A stretch of DNA of 64,000 nucleotides from Octopus vulgaris (Eukaryota): positions 13,392,001 to 13,456,000 of the forward strand of contig OX597839.1 in assembly GCA_951406725.2 (NCBI GenBank), written 5' to 3'. Numbering within the stretch: position 1 is the first letter of the stretch; every line of letters begins with the position of its first letter. The translations under genes and the position numbers were made by a program. Below, piece by piece: positions 38,969 to 52,863 of the stretch. The notes beneath the pieces are model-generated. The model was given only the letters and a program-made list of their open reading frames with translations, searched no databases and was not told the DNA's origin.

Positions 38969-39735
38969 ACTATCTTTTTTTTTAAAGTTTGATACTTACT
39001 CTATTGGTCTCTTTTGTTATGATGATGTAAATAAACCAACACTGGTTATCAAGCAGTAGTGGGGAACAAACACAGACACAAAACACACACATACACGCAC
39101 ATATAGTAATAATAATAATGATGATGATGATATTGATAATAATGATGATGACGATGATAATAATCCATGAGTGGAATTTATAAATATTCTAATGCATTGC
39201 TGCGCATGTTTCCACAAATTATATGTCTCTTAAAATCACAGTCCATATTCGTGGGATGATTACAGTGTAGTCTGTACAATACGTGGGCATCAGGTTGATC
39301 ATTTTCATAGATTCATTTCTTCAGGCGATATAACATTAATGGATGAATACACACACACACACACACATATGTGGTTCAAAACAAAAAAATGTAAGACAGA
39401 GACAGATGAGGGAAAAACAAGTAAGGTGTAGTAGTTTGACGCTGAGGAAAAATGAAAGAAGTCTTTGATATTTCCAGCCCATGCTCTTCAACAGAAAGGA
39501 GTGAGCAAAGAAAATAGAGGAAGAAAAATAGTGAAGAGAGAAAAAAAAATGTATCATGCTTAATAGTTTCACATGTCAAATTGACTGAAAGTTGTTTCGG
39601 TTTCTTATCATTATTGTCTATCAAATCCACTCACAAGGCTTTGGTCAGCCCAGGGCTATAGTAGAAGACACTTGCCTAATATTTCACACAGTGGGATTGA
39701 ATGCAAGATCACGTGGCTAGGAAGCAAGCTTCTTA

Positions 39736-40147
39736 TTTCTTTATTGCCCACAAGGGGCCAAACATAGAGGGGACAAACAAGGACAGACAAAGAGATTAAG
39801 TTGATTATATCGACCCCAGAGTGTAACTGGTACTTATTTAATTGACCATGAGAAGACGAAAGGCAAAGTCGACCTTGGTGGAATTTGAACTCAGAACGTA
39901 GCGGCAGACGAAATACCTATTTCTTTATTACCCACAAGGGGCTAAACACAGAGGGGACAAACAAGGACAGACACACGGATTCAGTCGCTTATATCGACCC
40001 CAGTGCGTAACTGGTACTTAATTTATCAACCCCGAAAGGATGAAAGGCAAAGTCGACCTTGGCGGAATTTGAACTCAGAACGTAATGGCAGACGAAATAC
40101 GGCTACGCATTTTGCCCCGTGTGGTAATGTTTCTGCCAGCTCGCCAC
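39736..40147 (-). mobile_element. Family-B SINE dimer inside a family-A SINE
   Basis: Two units flanked by a ~130-bp direct duplication. Confidence 0.82.
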
Positions 40148-40509
40148 CTTGTCATTTCTGTCTACCGAATCCACTCAAGGCTTTGGTCAGCCCAGGTCTG
40201 TAGTAGAAGACACTTGCCTAAGATTTCACACAGTGGGACTGAATGCAAGATCATGTGGTTAGCAAGCAAGCTTCTTACCACACAGCCATGCCTGAGTCTA
40301 TATAGGAAAGATGTGGGCGTAAAATTGTGCCAGAGATTTTGAGAAAGGCATTGTAGAATGTTTTTGATTTCTCTGTAAATACTAAATCTTTTTACCCTAA
40401 TAAGGGATTCTTAGAATGGCCATTACTTAGTAAGGGGGTGGGGGTGATTATTAATTAATTAAAACTTAAAACTGGTACTTATTTTATCAACAACGAGCGA
40501 GTTTTATTA

Positions 40510-40900
40510 CAACTACCACCAGCACCGCCATCATCTCTACTATTATTAGTATCATTAACAACACCATCATTATTGTTATCACCATTATTAGCATCACTGT
40601 CATCGCCACAGTCATCATAATAAGCATCATCATTATCATTGTCATCACCACCACCATCATTACCACCACCATCATCACCATGATCATCACCACCTCCACA
40701 ACTTATCACTACCATAGTCACACTACCATCATCACTACCACCACTGTCACCATCACCACTACCACCACCACAATTACCATTCATCATCATTATCATTGTC
40801 ACCATTGCCATCAACACCACTATCATCATCGTTACCTTTCTCATCATCATCACCATCATCGTCATCATCATTGTCTCTCATTACCATTATCATCAACATT
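40510..40900. repeat. Degenerate (CAT/CAC)n trinucleotide tract
   Basis: Read directly from the sequence. Confidence 0.9.
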
Positions 40901-40936
40901 GATTATCAGTTATTGTAAAAAAAAGTCAGTGATGAC

Positions 40937-40977
<41 letters not shown>

Positions 40978-41185
40978 GTGAATGTATTAAGAAGATTAAA
41001 CTGAGAAAGAGAGAGAGAGAGAGAGAAGAAGGGAGAGACAGAGAAAGAGAGGCATTAGAATATCTGAAAATAGATTTCTCTCAGAACTTCCAATGTTATA
41101 TTGAAACAAATAATGTTTGCCTCGGGTTACCTCCATTTTTTTTTATAATATCAAACAGACAATACAACCTAATATTTATCACGTG

Positions 41186-41239
<54 letters not shown>

Positions 41240-41381
41240 GTCCCTCACTCAGCCTTTCTATTCATAGATTCTATCTTCTGCCATTGTTTCCTTCTAATAC
41301 ACATGCACACAAATGTATGCATGCATATATATATATATATATATATGCATGTGTGTGTATATATATATATATATATATGCA

Positions 41382-41445
<64 letters not shown>

Positions 41446-42262
41446 GTAGGTATGTATGTATATATATACTTGTGTGTGTGTATATATACATATATATATA
41501 AATATATACATATACATATGTATATTATATATATATGTGTGTGTGTGTATTTATTTATATATATATATATAAATACATACATGTATGGTTTTGGCCTCGG
41601 TCCCACTGCACAGAACCTTGGCCAAGTGTCTTCTATAATTCTGGGCCAATCAAAGCCCCATGAATAATCTGGTAGACCGAAACGATGCCTGTTGTATACA
41701 TATGTTTCTCTTTTTGTGTATATCATCATAATCATCATTTTACATCAACTTTCCATGCTGGCATGGGTAGGACAATTTTAAAGGATTCATTGGGTCAGAT
41801 GACCATGTGTTCCTCTAGTGTCTCATTTTTGGTATGGGTTCTATAGCTTGGTACTCTTCCTTATGCCAACATTTTACAGAGTCTACTGGGTGTATTTCCC
41901 ATAGCACCATTACTATAGAGGTTACCTTGCCATAAGCTAAACTAAAAAACCCTCTCAAGCCCAGCCTTGTCACTGTTCATATATTGATTACCAAACACTT
42001 AGAGAGCACTGGTTGCTTTCTGTGGCACCAGCACTGTTAGGGTTGACTAGTAGCTTGCAAAGCAAATGAGAACATTACCATGTAAAAGGACATTATTGTG
42101 AGAGGAGGGTAATTGAGAGAATAACAAAGGGAACAAAGTTGAGATGGGAATAGGGGAGCCAGAGGAAGGGGAAGAGAAAAGTATTGTCAGGGGTTAATGT
42201 GAAGGAGAGGAGAGGACAATGTGGTAAAAGTAAGGGGCTGGATTGTGTGTGTATAAATATAT

Positions 42263-42339
<77 letters not shown>

Positions 42340-42658
42340 GAAATCCCAAATTAGGAAATGGTGTTTCGTTTAACATCCTTAAACAACCCTTATTCAGGGA
42401 CCTTTTGAGCAGGATGGGTTACTCGACCAGAAGAAAATTCTAACTGGGCCCCACTTGCAAGGTCATGTGCTGTTTATCCTGATATGAGGTTACCATGTCA
42501 CGCACATATGGTTGTGATGCATGTGCCTAGTGTACCCTTATCAGATGGGTATACTGGGCTTCGTATATTTTACCCCAGTGTCACTTTGATGGCATGCACT
42601 GCTCTCTCACTCAATAATAATAAATGTATGTGTATATATATATATGTGTGTGTGCGTG

Positions 42659-42720
<62 letters not shown>

Positions 42721-43356
42721 TATACACACACACAATGAGTTTCTGTCTACCAAATCCACTAACAAAGCATTGGTAATCCTGGAGCAAAAGAAGCCACTTT
42801 CCTCAAGGTGCCATGCAGTGGGACTGAACTGAAAACCATTTCCTTGTGGAACAAACTTCTTATCACATGGTCACGCCTGTGTCTGAATAAAACAGAAGAA
42901 AGGCACAGGGCTGGAACTAGCAGGAATTAATTTCATTTCTAACACGTTATTTCTTCCACAGATGAGCCTCTCCACAAGGCACCAGTTTCCAATATCTCCA
43001 GGATAATGATTCTGTCGGTAATGTAATCAATATGTAAAATGAATGTAATCAAACTTCATAAACTCTAATTTGTTGAACAATTTAAGTAAATAAAGCCAAA
43101 TCCAGATTCTGATGGCATTAAAATTAAGTTTAACTTGACACATTCACTGACTGTCTTCAAACGTAACAGAACATTCAACACAAAATTAATTAAATACAAT
43201 CTCCACTAAAGACTTAAATTCATTATGTTCATTAAAAGCAATCAACAAAGAAGAGAAAAACCATGATGAAGCTTAGTATAGATCATTGAAGTTATCAATG
43301 AGGAATGTACAGATAATTGCGTATGATATACATATATATATGTATACACACATATA

Positions 43357-43705
43357 GGCGCAGGAGTGGCTGTGTGGTAAGTAGCTTGCTTACGAACCAC
43401 ATGGTTCCAGGTTCAGTCCCACTGCGTGGCAACTTGGGCAAGTGTCTTCTATAGCCTCAGGCCGACCAAAGCCTTGTGAGTGGATTTGGTAGACGGAAAC
43501 TGAAAGAAGCCCGTCATATATGTGTGTGTGTGTGTTTGTCCTACCCCCAACATCGCTTAATAACCGATGCTGATGTGTTTATGTCCCCGTAACTTAGTGG
43601 TTCAGCAAAAGAGACCGATAGAATACAAAGAATAAGTCCTGGGGTCGATTTGCTCGACTAAAGGCAGTGCTCCAGCATGGCCACAGTCACATGACAAGTA
43701 CAAGA
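43357..43705 (+). mobile_element. SINE family A
   Basis: Near full-length match starting GGCGCAGGAGTGGCTG. Confidence 0.85.
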
Positions 43706-44285
43706 GAGAAAGAGAGATATATATACATAGATACACACACACACTCATATATAGATAGATAGATAAATACACATATATAGGCACACAAAAGGAGAAGCAA
43801 AGTTGACCTAACTGGGATTTGAACTCAGAACATAAAGGACCATAACTTAATGCCATTACAACATCTGTATATCTATAAACAGCAAAATGTCTGTGTGTCC
43901 TTTATACAAATTCAGTTTTCCACGTAAAAGACTCGCATTTTAACCACTGGGCCATTGTGCCTCCACAATAATAATAATTATAATAATGATTTCATTTATT
44001 TGCCACCAGGGCAAAGGATAAAGAGCGACAATACAAAACAGACATAAAGTGTGGGAGTTTACATGTAATGAAATGATAAAATAAATAAATAATAAAATGG
44101 GGCTGGGTAAGTATACATGGCATACAGCAGTGGTTTTGAAAGTGGGCAGTACTGCCCCTCTGTAGGTGGCAAAAAATATCAAGAGGGAGCATTGAAGAAA
44201 AGTAGGGCAATAGTAGGGTGGCCAAAAGGGGGTGAAGGATGTACCCCCCCCCCCAAAAAAAAATATTATGGGTTGATTAGTTTAA

Positions 44286-44506
44286 CCCTTTAGTGTTTAA
44301 ACCGGCCAAATCCGGCCCAATATATTCTACATGTTTTATATTCAAACTGGCGATATCTAGCCTCTCACTCCTAACCTACAATGCCATTCTAAAAATAAAC
44401 AATCACATCATTGAAACCTCAAAGCTATAAGATAATGCATGATTAATTCAAAACAATTTGAGTGAAAAAGTATTAGATTTAACAGAGTATTCTGAACACT
44501 AAAGGG
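44286..44506. mobile_element. piggyBac-type MITE, family P2 (221 bp)
   Basis: TTAA-CCCTTTAGTGTT...AACACTAAAGGG-TTAA, 12-bp perfect TIR. Confidence 0.85.
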
Positions 44507-45224
44507 TTAAGTTTTATTTGTGGAATTAATTTTGTTGTATTGAATTTGCTGCAGAAAGTGGTCTACGTTTGCGGTGCTGAGTGGAGGAAGAGAAGTTGCT
44601 AGGAATGTGGTTTGAATGCCAAGGGGTTAGCAGCCTGAAAAGTTTGGGAATCACAGAAGGGATATGTACATAGTATCCTAAGGTTAACAATAAAAAAAAC
44701 GGTGTGGGAATGATAGAGATATAGTCCTCTGGAATAGGGTTAGGGTTAGCAATTTTGTAGGAATGGGGTTAGTCAATTACATCAGTCCCATTACGTGACT
44801 GTTACTTTATTTTTTGACTCCAAAAAGGATGGAAAGTAAAGTTAGCTATGGCGGGATTTGAACTCAAACATTAAAGCAAGCAAACCAGATCTGACAAATT
44901 CTTTAAACTGACACTCTACCGTCATATCAACACCCACACACACACACACATGCGCACACACACACACATACACACACACACACATGCACACACAGACAGA
45001 AAGCTGTGTAAACACATGCCTATTAATACACGTCCACACATTCACCAGAGTTCATACACCGCAAAGAAAGACATTTGCTACCAATCATCTAATAGATTTA
45101 ATTACAAGTTACTTTAATTGGTGCAATTAAAAGTTAATTGACAGAATCTGTGAAGTTTTTAATCAAATAAACACTTCTTACGTTGTTCAAAGAACTCCAA
45201 GATTTCAAATTCAAAGGAAAATAT

Positions 45225-45698
45225 CTGTCTGTCTCTCGGTCTTTATGGTAGTCTATTTATCTCTCTTTCTCTCTCTCTCTCTTTGTCTGTCTACCTATCT
45301 ATCTATCTATCTATCTCTCTGTCTATTTATCTATCTCTCTATCTGATTGCCTATCTTTCTATCTATTTCTCTATCTGTCTATATGGCTGTCTATTTGTCT
45401 GTCTATCAACCAGTCTATCTATCTGATAAAATTAGTACCAATCCTAACCCTCATATCTATCTATCTGTCTGTCTGTCTGTCTGTCTATCTACCTATCTAT
45501 CTGTCTGTCTGTCTGTCTATTTATCTGTCTATCAATCAGTCTATCTATATTTCTGTCTGTCTAACTATCTCTCTATCTATCTGTGTTTTTCTCTCTATCA
45601 ATACATTTTTTGTCTGTCTATCTATTTGTGTATATGTATGTCTATGTATGCATGTCTATTTCCACACACACATATACACACCTGTATGTATGTTATCT

Positions 45699-45745
<47 letters not shown>
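45225..45745. repeat. (TCTA/TCTG)n microsatellite
   Basis: Read directly from the sequence. Confidence 0.9.
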
Positions 45746-45883
45746 ATTTAGCTCTTTGTCTAACTGTCAGACAATATACATGTGTATCAATCAAAATTTG
45801 TAATTATACATTTTATATATATATATATATATATTACACACGCATATGCATACATATAATACAATAATAATAATAATAATCCC

Positions 45884-46166
45884 CGTGACCAGGCTATCAG
45901 ATGTTGCTACACATCGCTGGTCACAATGCGTTTCGCATTGTTTTAGCCTTCAAATGACGCCACCCCACTGGCTAAGTGAGCAGGCCAACAGAAGAAAGAG
46001 TGGTGAAAGAGTTCAACAGGGGTCGCCACCACCCCCTGCTGGAGCCTCATGGAGCTTTAGGTGTTTTCACTCAATAAACACTCACAACACCTGGTCTGGG
46101 AATCAAAACCACGATCCTCTGACCGTGAGTCCGCTGCCCTGACCACTGGGCCATTGCGCCTCCACA
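45884..46166 (-). mobile_element. SINE family C
   Basis: Reverse copy of 4008-4312, inserted in (AAT)n. Confidence 0.82.
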
Positions 46167-46788
46167 GTAATAATAATAATAATAATAACAATGAGTGTTT
46201 ATTGTATACAGTACCCAAGTGTACAACATCTCATCTCAAAAGGTAAAAAGGTTAAAGAGTGGACAGAAAGCAACATTGTCAAGAAAGACAGCAATGGAAA
46301 CCAAAAGTGCAAATGCAGCAAACAGAATTAAAAACAAAAAGACAGAAAAATGAACATAAAAAGCCACAAATAAGGGAAAATGCACTGTATTGATATGTAT
46401 TAAATAGGATTTTAATGTATATGATGTAAATTATAAGGCACAAAAAGAAAATGACTCTCTCCAGACACAACAGAATATGTATGCTTCAACACACGAACTC
46501 ATATAAAGAATCTTGCAAACCAAATCCCAAAACGAGATGTATATAGAGATATGCTAAAACATATCAAGTACTTAATAAGATACATGTTATCTTATTAAGT
46601 GCTCGATATGAAAGTAAAGATAGGTATTTTTTTTTCTTTTATCATTAAAAAGTTAGACATTAATTTTAAAGTTTTACTTTAAATATGAATTGTTCAAAGT
46701 GTTTTGTTTATTTGAAGGAAATGAATTTTTAATTAAACTTTTGAGTCACACTCTAATTTCATTTAAACTCTGAGTATGTATATATACA

Positions 46789-46823
<35 letters not shown>

Positions 46824-47016
46824 GTTGTCCAGGGGAAAGGTAAAGGCCAATACAGCTTGGCACCAGTGACATCACAACTCATTCCTACAGCTGAGTGAAC
46901 TGGAGCAATGTGAAATAAAGTGTCTTGCTCAAGAACACGACACACAGCCCGGTCCAGAAATCCATAAATCCATAAATCCACTCTATAAAATCAGTCATCT
47001 ACGAAAATCAAACGAT

Positions 47017-47637
47017 ATGGGTGCAGGGTAGTGTGGATGTTCTTGGGTTCTGTCCCTCTGTGCGGCACTTTGGGCAAGTGTTTTCTGCTGTAACCTCAGG
47101 CCAACCAAAGCCTTGTTAGTGGATTTGGTAGACGGAAACTGAAAGAAGCCTGTTGGAGATGTGTGTGTGTTTGTCTCCCACCATCACCACTTGATAACTG
47201 GTGTTGGTGTGTTTATGTCCATGTACATTAGGGGTTCAGCAAATGAGAATGATAAAATAAGTTTCAGGTTCAGTCCCACTTCATGTAATCTTTGGCAAGT
47301 GTTTTCTTCTATACCCTCAGGCTGACCAAAACCTTGCGAGTGGACTTGGTTGACAGGAACTGAGAAAAGAAATCAGTCATGTGTGTGTGTGTCTGTGTTT
47401 GTCCCCCACCACCATTTGGCAGTTGGTGTTGGTGTATGTCTGTGTCCATGTAACTTAGTGGTTCAGCAAAAGAGAGTAACAGAATAAGTACCAGGCTTAA
47501 AATATAAAATATACTGGGATATTGGTAGTGGTGGTGCTGGTGGTGGGGGGTCGATCCATTCAAATAAAAATTCTTCAAGGTGATGCCCCAGCATGGCCGC
47601 AGTCTAATGACCGAAACAAGTAAAAGATAAAAGATAA
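47017..47637 (+). mobile_element. Two diverged family-A SINEs in tandem
   Basis: Consecutive partial and full matches. Confidence 0.75.
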
Positions 47638-49542
47638 ACTATCCAGTCCTGTCTTTTGTTCTCTTTTCTTTTGAACGGAATTGGAACGAGCAGATAGAGT
47701 GAGATATCAAGTCTAAAAGCCATTAACTAAGAGCAGGCAGGTTGGAAATTAGAAAAAAAAAAAAACAACAAAACAAAACAAATAAAAAGAACTGATGTTT
47801 CAGAATAACTATTTCACAGCATTTAGCTTTGATCTTGCTGGTTCTGAGAACAATTTTATTTCAGTCAATAAGATTTAAAATTTTGGATTATTAGCCTTAT
47901 TTTAGTGACAAAAGAGTCTTTTAGAACTAATAGAATTATTGGTGCATTGGAAAAATGTCTTGTGGTGTTTTTATCAGTTCTTTTTTTTTTTCTTTTTAAT
48001 CTTTTTTTGTATCAGTCGTTGGGCTGGGGCCATGCTGGAGCACCGCCTTGAAGAATTTCAGTTGAACAACTCAATCACAGTACTATTTTTTTTTAAAGCC
48101 TGGTGTTTATTTTATCAGTCTTGTTTTTTTGCCAAACTGCTTGACTGGCACCCATGCCGGTGGCACGTCAAAAGCTCCAACTGATCGTGGCCATTGCCAG
48201 CCTCCTCTGGTCCCTATGCTGGTGGCACATAAAAAACACCCACTACATTCACGGAGTGGTTAGCGTTAGGAAGGGCATCCAGCTGTAGAAACACTGCTAG
48301 ATCAGACTGGAGCCAAGTGCAGCCTCCTGACTTCCCAGACCCCAGTCGAACCATCTAACCCATGCTAGCATGGAAAACGGACATTAAACGATGATGATGA
48401 TGATACTAAATTACAGAGACGTAAACATATCAGCACTGGTTGTCAATCAATAGCAGGGAATGACACACACACACATATATATAATAGGCTTCTTTCAGTT
48501 TCCATCTACCAAATCCACTCACAAGGCTTTGGTCAGCCTGAGGCTACAGTAAAAGACACTTGCCCAAGATGCCACTCAGTGAGACTGAAGTTCTTTATGT
48601 TTCAAGTTCAAATCCTGCCAAGTTCAACTTTGACTTTTTCTGAAGTTAATAGAATAAAATACCAGTCAAGCACTGGTGCCAATGGCACTGACTAACCCAC
48701 TTCCTTCAACATTACTGACCTTGTACTTAATTAGAAAAGAATATTTACTGGGTTGCCAGATAAAATTGTTCATTTTTTATGACCATTTATTTTAGTCATT
48801 TCCAATGTTAAATGAATTAAAACAGGGACTTATTTTTATCATAGTATCTTATGGTTATTTATGGAATGCCAGCATTGTCTGATTTAGGACAGATGAGGTC
48901 CTGTGCTAGTTAAGTTATGAGGGCCCTTTTATGTTGAAAAAAATAATGTGTAAAAGCATTCACATTATTAATTTCACTTTTTTATAACTTTTAAGGAAAA
49001 CATTTAAACATTTGACATTTGAAAAATTCATTGCAAAAATTTTTTAGGCCGAATAATGCCCCCCCCCCCTCCTTGGTCAATGGGGTCCTGTGCTTAAGTG
49101 CACCTAAGCACCGAATGCTATTCTGGTACAGAGTTACCCATTTATAGCTGAATGGACTGGAGCAACATGGAATGTGTTGTTTTACTCAAGAAGACAATGA
49201 ACCATTGGTCTGGAAATGAGATCTACAATTTTGTGGTCGTGAGTGCAACACCCTAACCACTAGATTGTCATCATTTATCATCTGTTTTCCAAGCTAGCAT
49301 AAGTTTGACAGTTTGACCAGAGCTGGTAAGGCCAAAGGCTGCACCAGGCTCCATTGTCTGTTCTGGCATGTTTTCTATAGTTGGATGTCCTTCCTATTGC
49401 CAACCACTCTACATAGTGTACTGGATGCTTTTTAGGTGACACCAGCACCAGTGCTTTTAATGTGGCCCCAGCATCAGTGCTTTTAAAGTGGCACCAGCAC
49501 AAGTACTTTTAATGTGGCACCAGCACTGGTATTGATTCTGCT

Positions 49543-49772
49543 GCGAGCTGGCAAAAACGTTAGCACACCGGGCAAAATGCGTAGCCGTATTTCGTCAGCC
49601 GTTACGTTCTGAGTTCAAATTCCACCGAGGTCGACTTTGCCTTTCATCCTTTTGGGGTCGATAAACTAAGTACTAGTTACGCATTGGGGTCGATGTAATT
49701 GACTTAATCCGTGTGTCTGTTCTTGTTTGCCCCCTCTGTGTTTAGCCCCTTGCGGGTAGTAAAGGAATAGGT
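49543..49772 (+). mobile_element. SINE family B
   Basis: Near full-length, flanked by a GGTAT(T/A)GATTCTGCTG duplication. Confidence 0.8.
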
Positions 49773-50239
49773 ATAGATTCTGCTGTAGAAGACAGGTCTT
49801 CTTGAGTACAGCAATGTACCAGATATATATGATGGGCTTCTTTCAGTTTCCATCAATCAACTCCACTCACAAGGCTTTGAATGGACCAAGGCTGTAGTAG
49901 AAGACACTTGCTCAAGGTTCCACACAATGAGACTGCAACCAAAATGACATGGTTGAGGAGCAAAATCCTTAACCATTTCTGTGCTACATCAATACATCAA
50001 TAAGCCATTTCTGTACCTACATCAATAAAACAAATATCAGTACAATACAAGTTTCATCTATTTGAAAACTGGTCGAGCGTGTAAAGAAGAGAATTGTGTC
50101 TTTTCTTGCGTAAGTAACCTCTGTAGAATCCTGACCTCAATCTGATTGGATGGTAGACTTAATTCACCACCCAGCTTAATATCGTTTTTACCTAATGCTT
50201 GGGTACATTTAGCAGAGTACACTGATATGATAGATTTAA

Positions 50240-50461
50240 CACTTTCATTACTCTATTTATTTTGAGATGCTCTGTGTTTCTTTCAATTACTTTAAATATT
50301 ACAAAGAATTTAGTAAAATAACTTGGTTATCGTTAAGCTAGTGTTGTGAACATAAATTGTGATTAAAGGTTTGGTGGAAGATTTTAATTCAAAACTTACG
50401 AAAACAAGGCATTTGTACTACAGAGCCAGAGCCAGTTTCAGCCGGGTTGGTATTGAAAGGG
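50240..50461. mobile_element. piggyBac-type MITE, family P1
   Basis: TTAA flanks. Same internal sequence as 54205-54425, with degenerate TIRs. Confidence 0.8.
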
Positions 50462-50465
50462 TTAA

Positions 50466-50672
50466 CATTCTTTTCTACAAGGCCTGAAATTTTGCGGGAG
50501 GAGGCCAGTTGATTATATCGACCCCAGTATGCAACTGGTACTTAATTTATTGACCCCAAAAGGACGAAAAGCAAAGTCGACCTCAATGGAATTTGAACTC
50601 AGAACATAAAGACAGACAAAATACCGTTAAGTATTTCGCCTGGTGTGCTGATACTTCTGCCAGCTCACTGCC
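50466..50672 (-). mobile_element. SINE family B
   Basis: Full-length. TSD TGATAGATTTAA at 50228-50239 and 50675-50686. Confidence 0.8.
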
Positions 50673-51020
50673 CTTGATAGATTTAATATGTCCTAGCTCA
50701 GTTTAACAGCAGTACCAGGCCCTGGTGCCTATAGTGGAGTGCAACCTATTACAATCATTTGAGCTGGGTCTATTATAGACTGAGGTTAGGATAAAAGGAT
50801 ATAGACTCATAGGGCCAGTTTTTGTGGCATATTGTATTCCTCTTTGAATAGGATGCCAGTCCTCTGAAGGAACACTCACTTTTGCTAGCTAAGTGGACAG
50901 GAGCAACATAAAATGATGTGTTTTACCCAAGAACTCAATGCACTGCCCAGTCCAGGAATCGAAACCACAATCTTATTAACATGAGCCCAACGCTTAGACA
51001 TACATCCCCACTATGTAGAC

Positions 51021-51532
51021 CAGTGGTTCTCAACCAAGATTTTGTTGTTAAAATTTATGTGCAGAAAGTTAGTTACAGTTTTACAATACACAAAATATTT
51101 TAGTAATTTTTTTAATACAATTCTTAATAATATTAAAATATAAAAAGGCACCATTCAAGTGTGATCGTTGCCAGCTTTGCCTTACTGGCACTTATGCCCC
51201 GTGCTAGTAGGGTGCTAAGAGCACCATCTGAGCGTGATCGTTGCCAGAGCGGATAACTGGCTTCCGTGCCGGTGGCATGTAGGAGGCACCATTCGAGTGG
51301 GATCGTTACCAGCATCACCTTACTGGCACCTGTGCCATTGGCATGTGTAAAAAAATCGAGCGAGGTCGTTGCCAGTACCACCTGACTGTCCCCCTGCCGG
51401 TGGCACGTAAAAGCACCCACTACACACTCGGAGTGGTTGGTGTTAGGAAGGGCATCCAGCTGTAGAAACTCTGCCAGATCAAGACTGGAGCCTTCAAATG
51501 GCTACAGGTATAAAACTGATTGAGAACCACTG
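51021..51532. mobile_element. hAT-type MITE with a nested family-E repeat
   Basis: TIRs CAGTGGTTCTCAA / TTGAGAACCACTG. 8-bp TSD ATGTAGAC. Insert at ~51140-51492. Confidence 0.85.
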
Positions 51533-52016
51533 ATGTAGACTTCTCTCTACCCTCTTGCCAATGTCAGAGTCCCTGAAAAAGGGATCCTGATTGCTGCCCT
51601 TCACCTTTGACCAAATCACCAAAATAATAAATCACACACACAAAAAAAAAGCCCTTTCTTATTTTCTGTCACAGAAGTACCAGTGGTGTATCAGTGTCTG
51701 ATACACCAACAGTTCTACAAGGCCTGAAATATTTGTAGTGAGTGAAAAAGTCAAATAAAATTAACCCCAGTACTGGATTTGTGTTTATTTTATCAATGCC
51801 AAATGGGTGAATGCTAAGCATTTTGCCTGGCATGCTAATAATTCTGCCAGCTTACTGCCTGAAGGACTAGCAATATATTAATAACTGATGGTACTAAATA
51901 CCAGCAATATATTGGTGTCTGATACAATCAGTGATAAACCTTCCCTTGTGCCTTAATCATTAATGCATACTCCATGTCATTGGAGAGGAAAGAAGCAGAG
52001 AAAGGAAAGTAGAGAA

Positions 52017-52398
52017 GGCGGTGAGCTGGCAGAAACATTAGCACACCGGGCAAAATGCTTAGCGGTATTTCGTCTGCTGCTACGTTCCGAGTTCAAATTC
52101 TGCCTAGGTCGACTTTGCCTTTCATCCTTTCGGGGTTGATTAAAAAAAGTACCAGTTATGCACTGGGGTCGATGAAATCGACTTAATCCGTTTGTCTGTC
52201 CTTGTTTGTCCACTCTGTGTTTAGCCCCTTGTGGGTAGTAAAGAAATAGGTATTTCATCTGCTGCTACATTCTGAGTTTCTTTCTTTCGGGGTCAATTAA
52301 ATAAGTACCAGTTATGCACTGGAGTCGATATAATCGACTTATTCCGTTTGTCCCCTCTATGTTTAACCCCTTGTGGGCAGGCAGTAAAGAAATAAGAA
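52017..52398 (+). mobile_element. Family-B SINE dimer
   Basis: One full copy plus an internally restarting second copy. Confidence 0.8.
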
Positions 52399-52863
52399 AT
52401 AAAGAAAGGGTTAAAATGTTGAACAGTCGAAACAGTGCTACAGTTTCAATCCCTAGCCATACAAATTTCACTTTATTTACAGCTCTGGGAAAGGAATGAA
52501 CATCACAACCTACCATTTCCTATTTTCTCAAAAATGTAAGTTTTTCGTTTGGTTTTGTATTTGATGGTTTTTTTTCCTTTTTTTTTTTTTCCTAATCATT
52601 AAAAGTCATTATAATAATATTAAAAGGCTGGCAGGTTGTCAAAAGCACGTAATGATTCTTACGGCATTGTTTTATAAATGCTTTTACAGAATATGGTTCT
52701 ATTTTGATTCTTTAAAATCTCTTACAATATATTGTTTTATGAAGGGTTACTGAATATATGGCTTTGAAAAAGGTTTTAGATAATTATATAATGGATTTTA
52801 AAGTATACAGTTTTGTACAGGCTCTTACAGCACTTAGAGTATATAATTTTATAAAGGTTCTTG

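Noticed and set aside
40479-41267. Met/Asp/Gly-rich and His/Thr-rich ORFs
   Set aside because: Degenerate trinucleotide microsatellite.
42945-43022. + strand AG..GT-bounded mini-exon candidate
   Set aside because: No recognisable peptide, and such sites arise by chance in AT-rich DNA.
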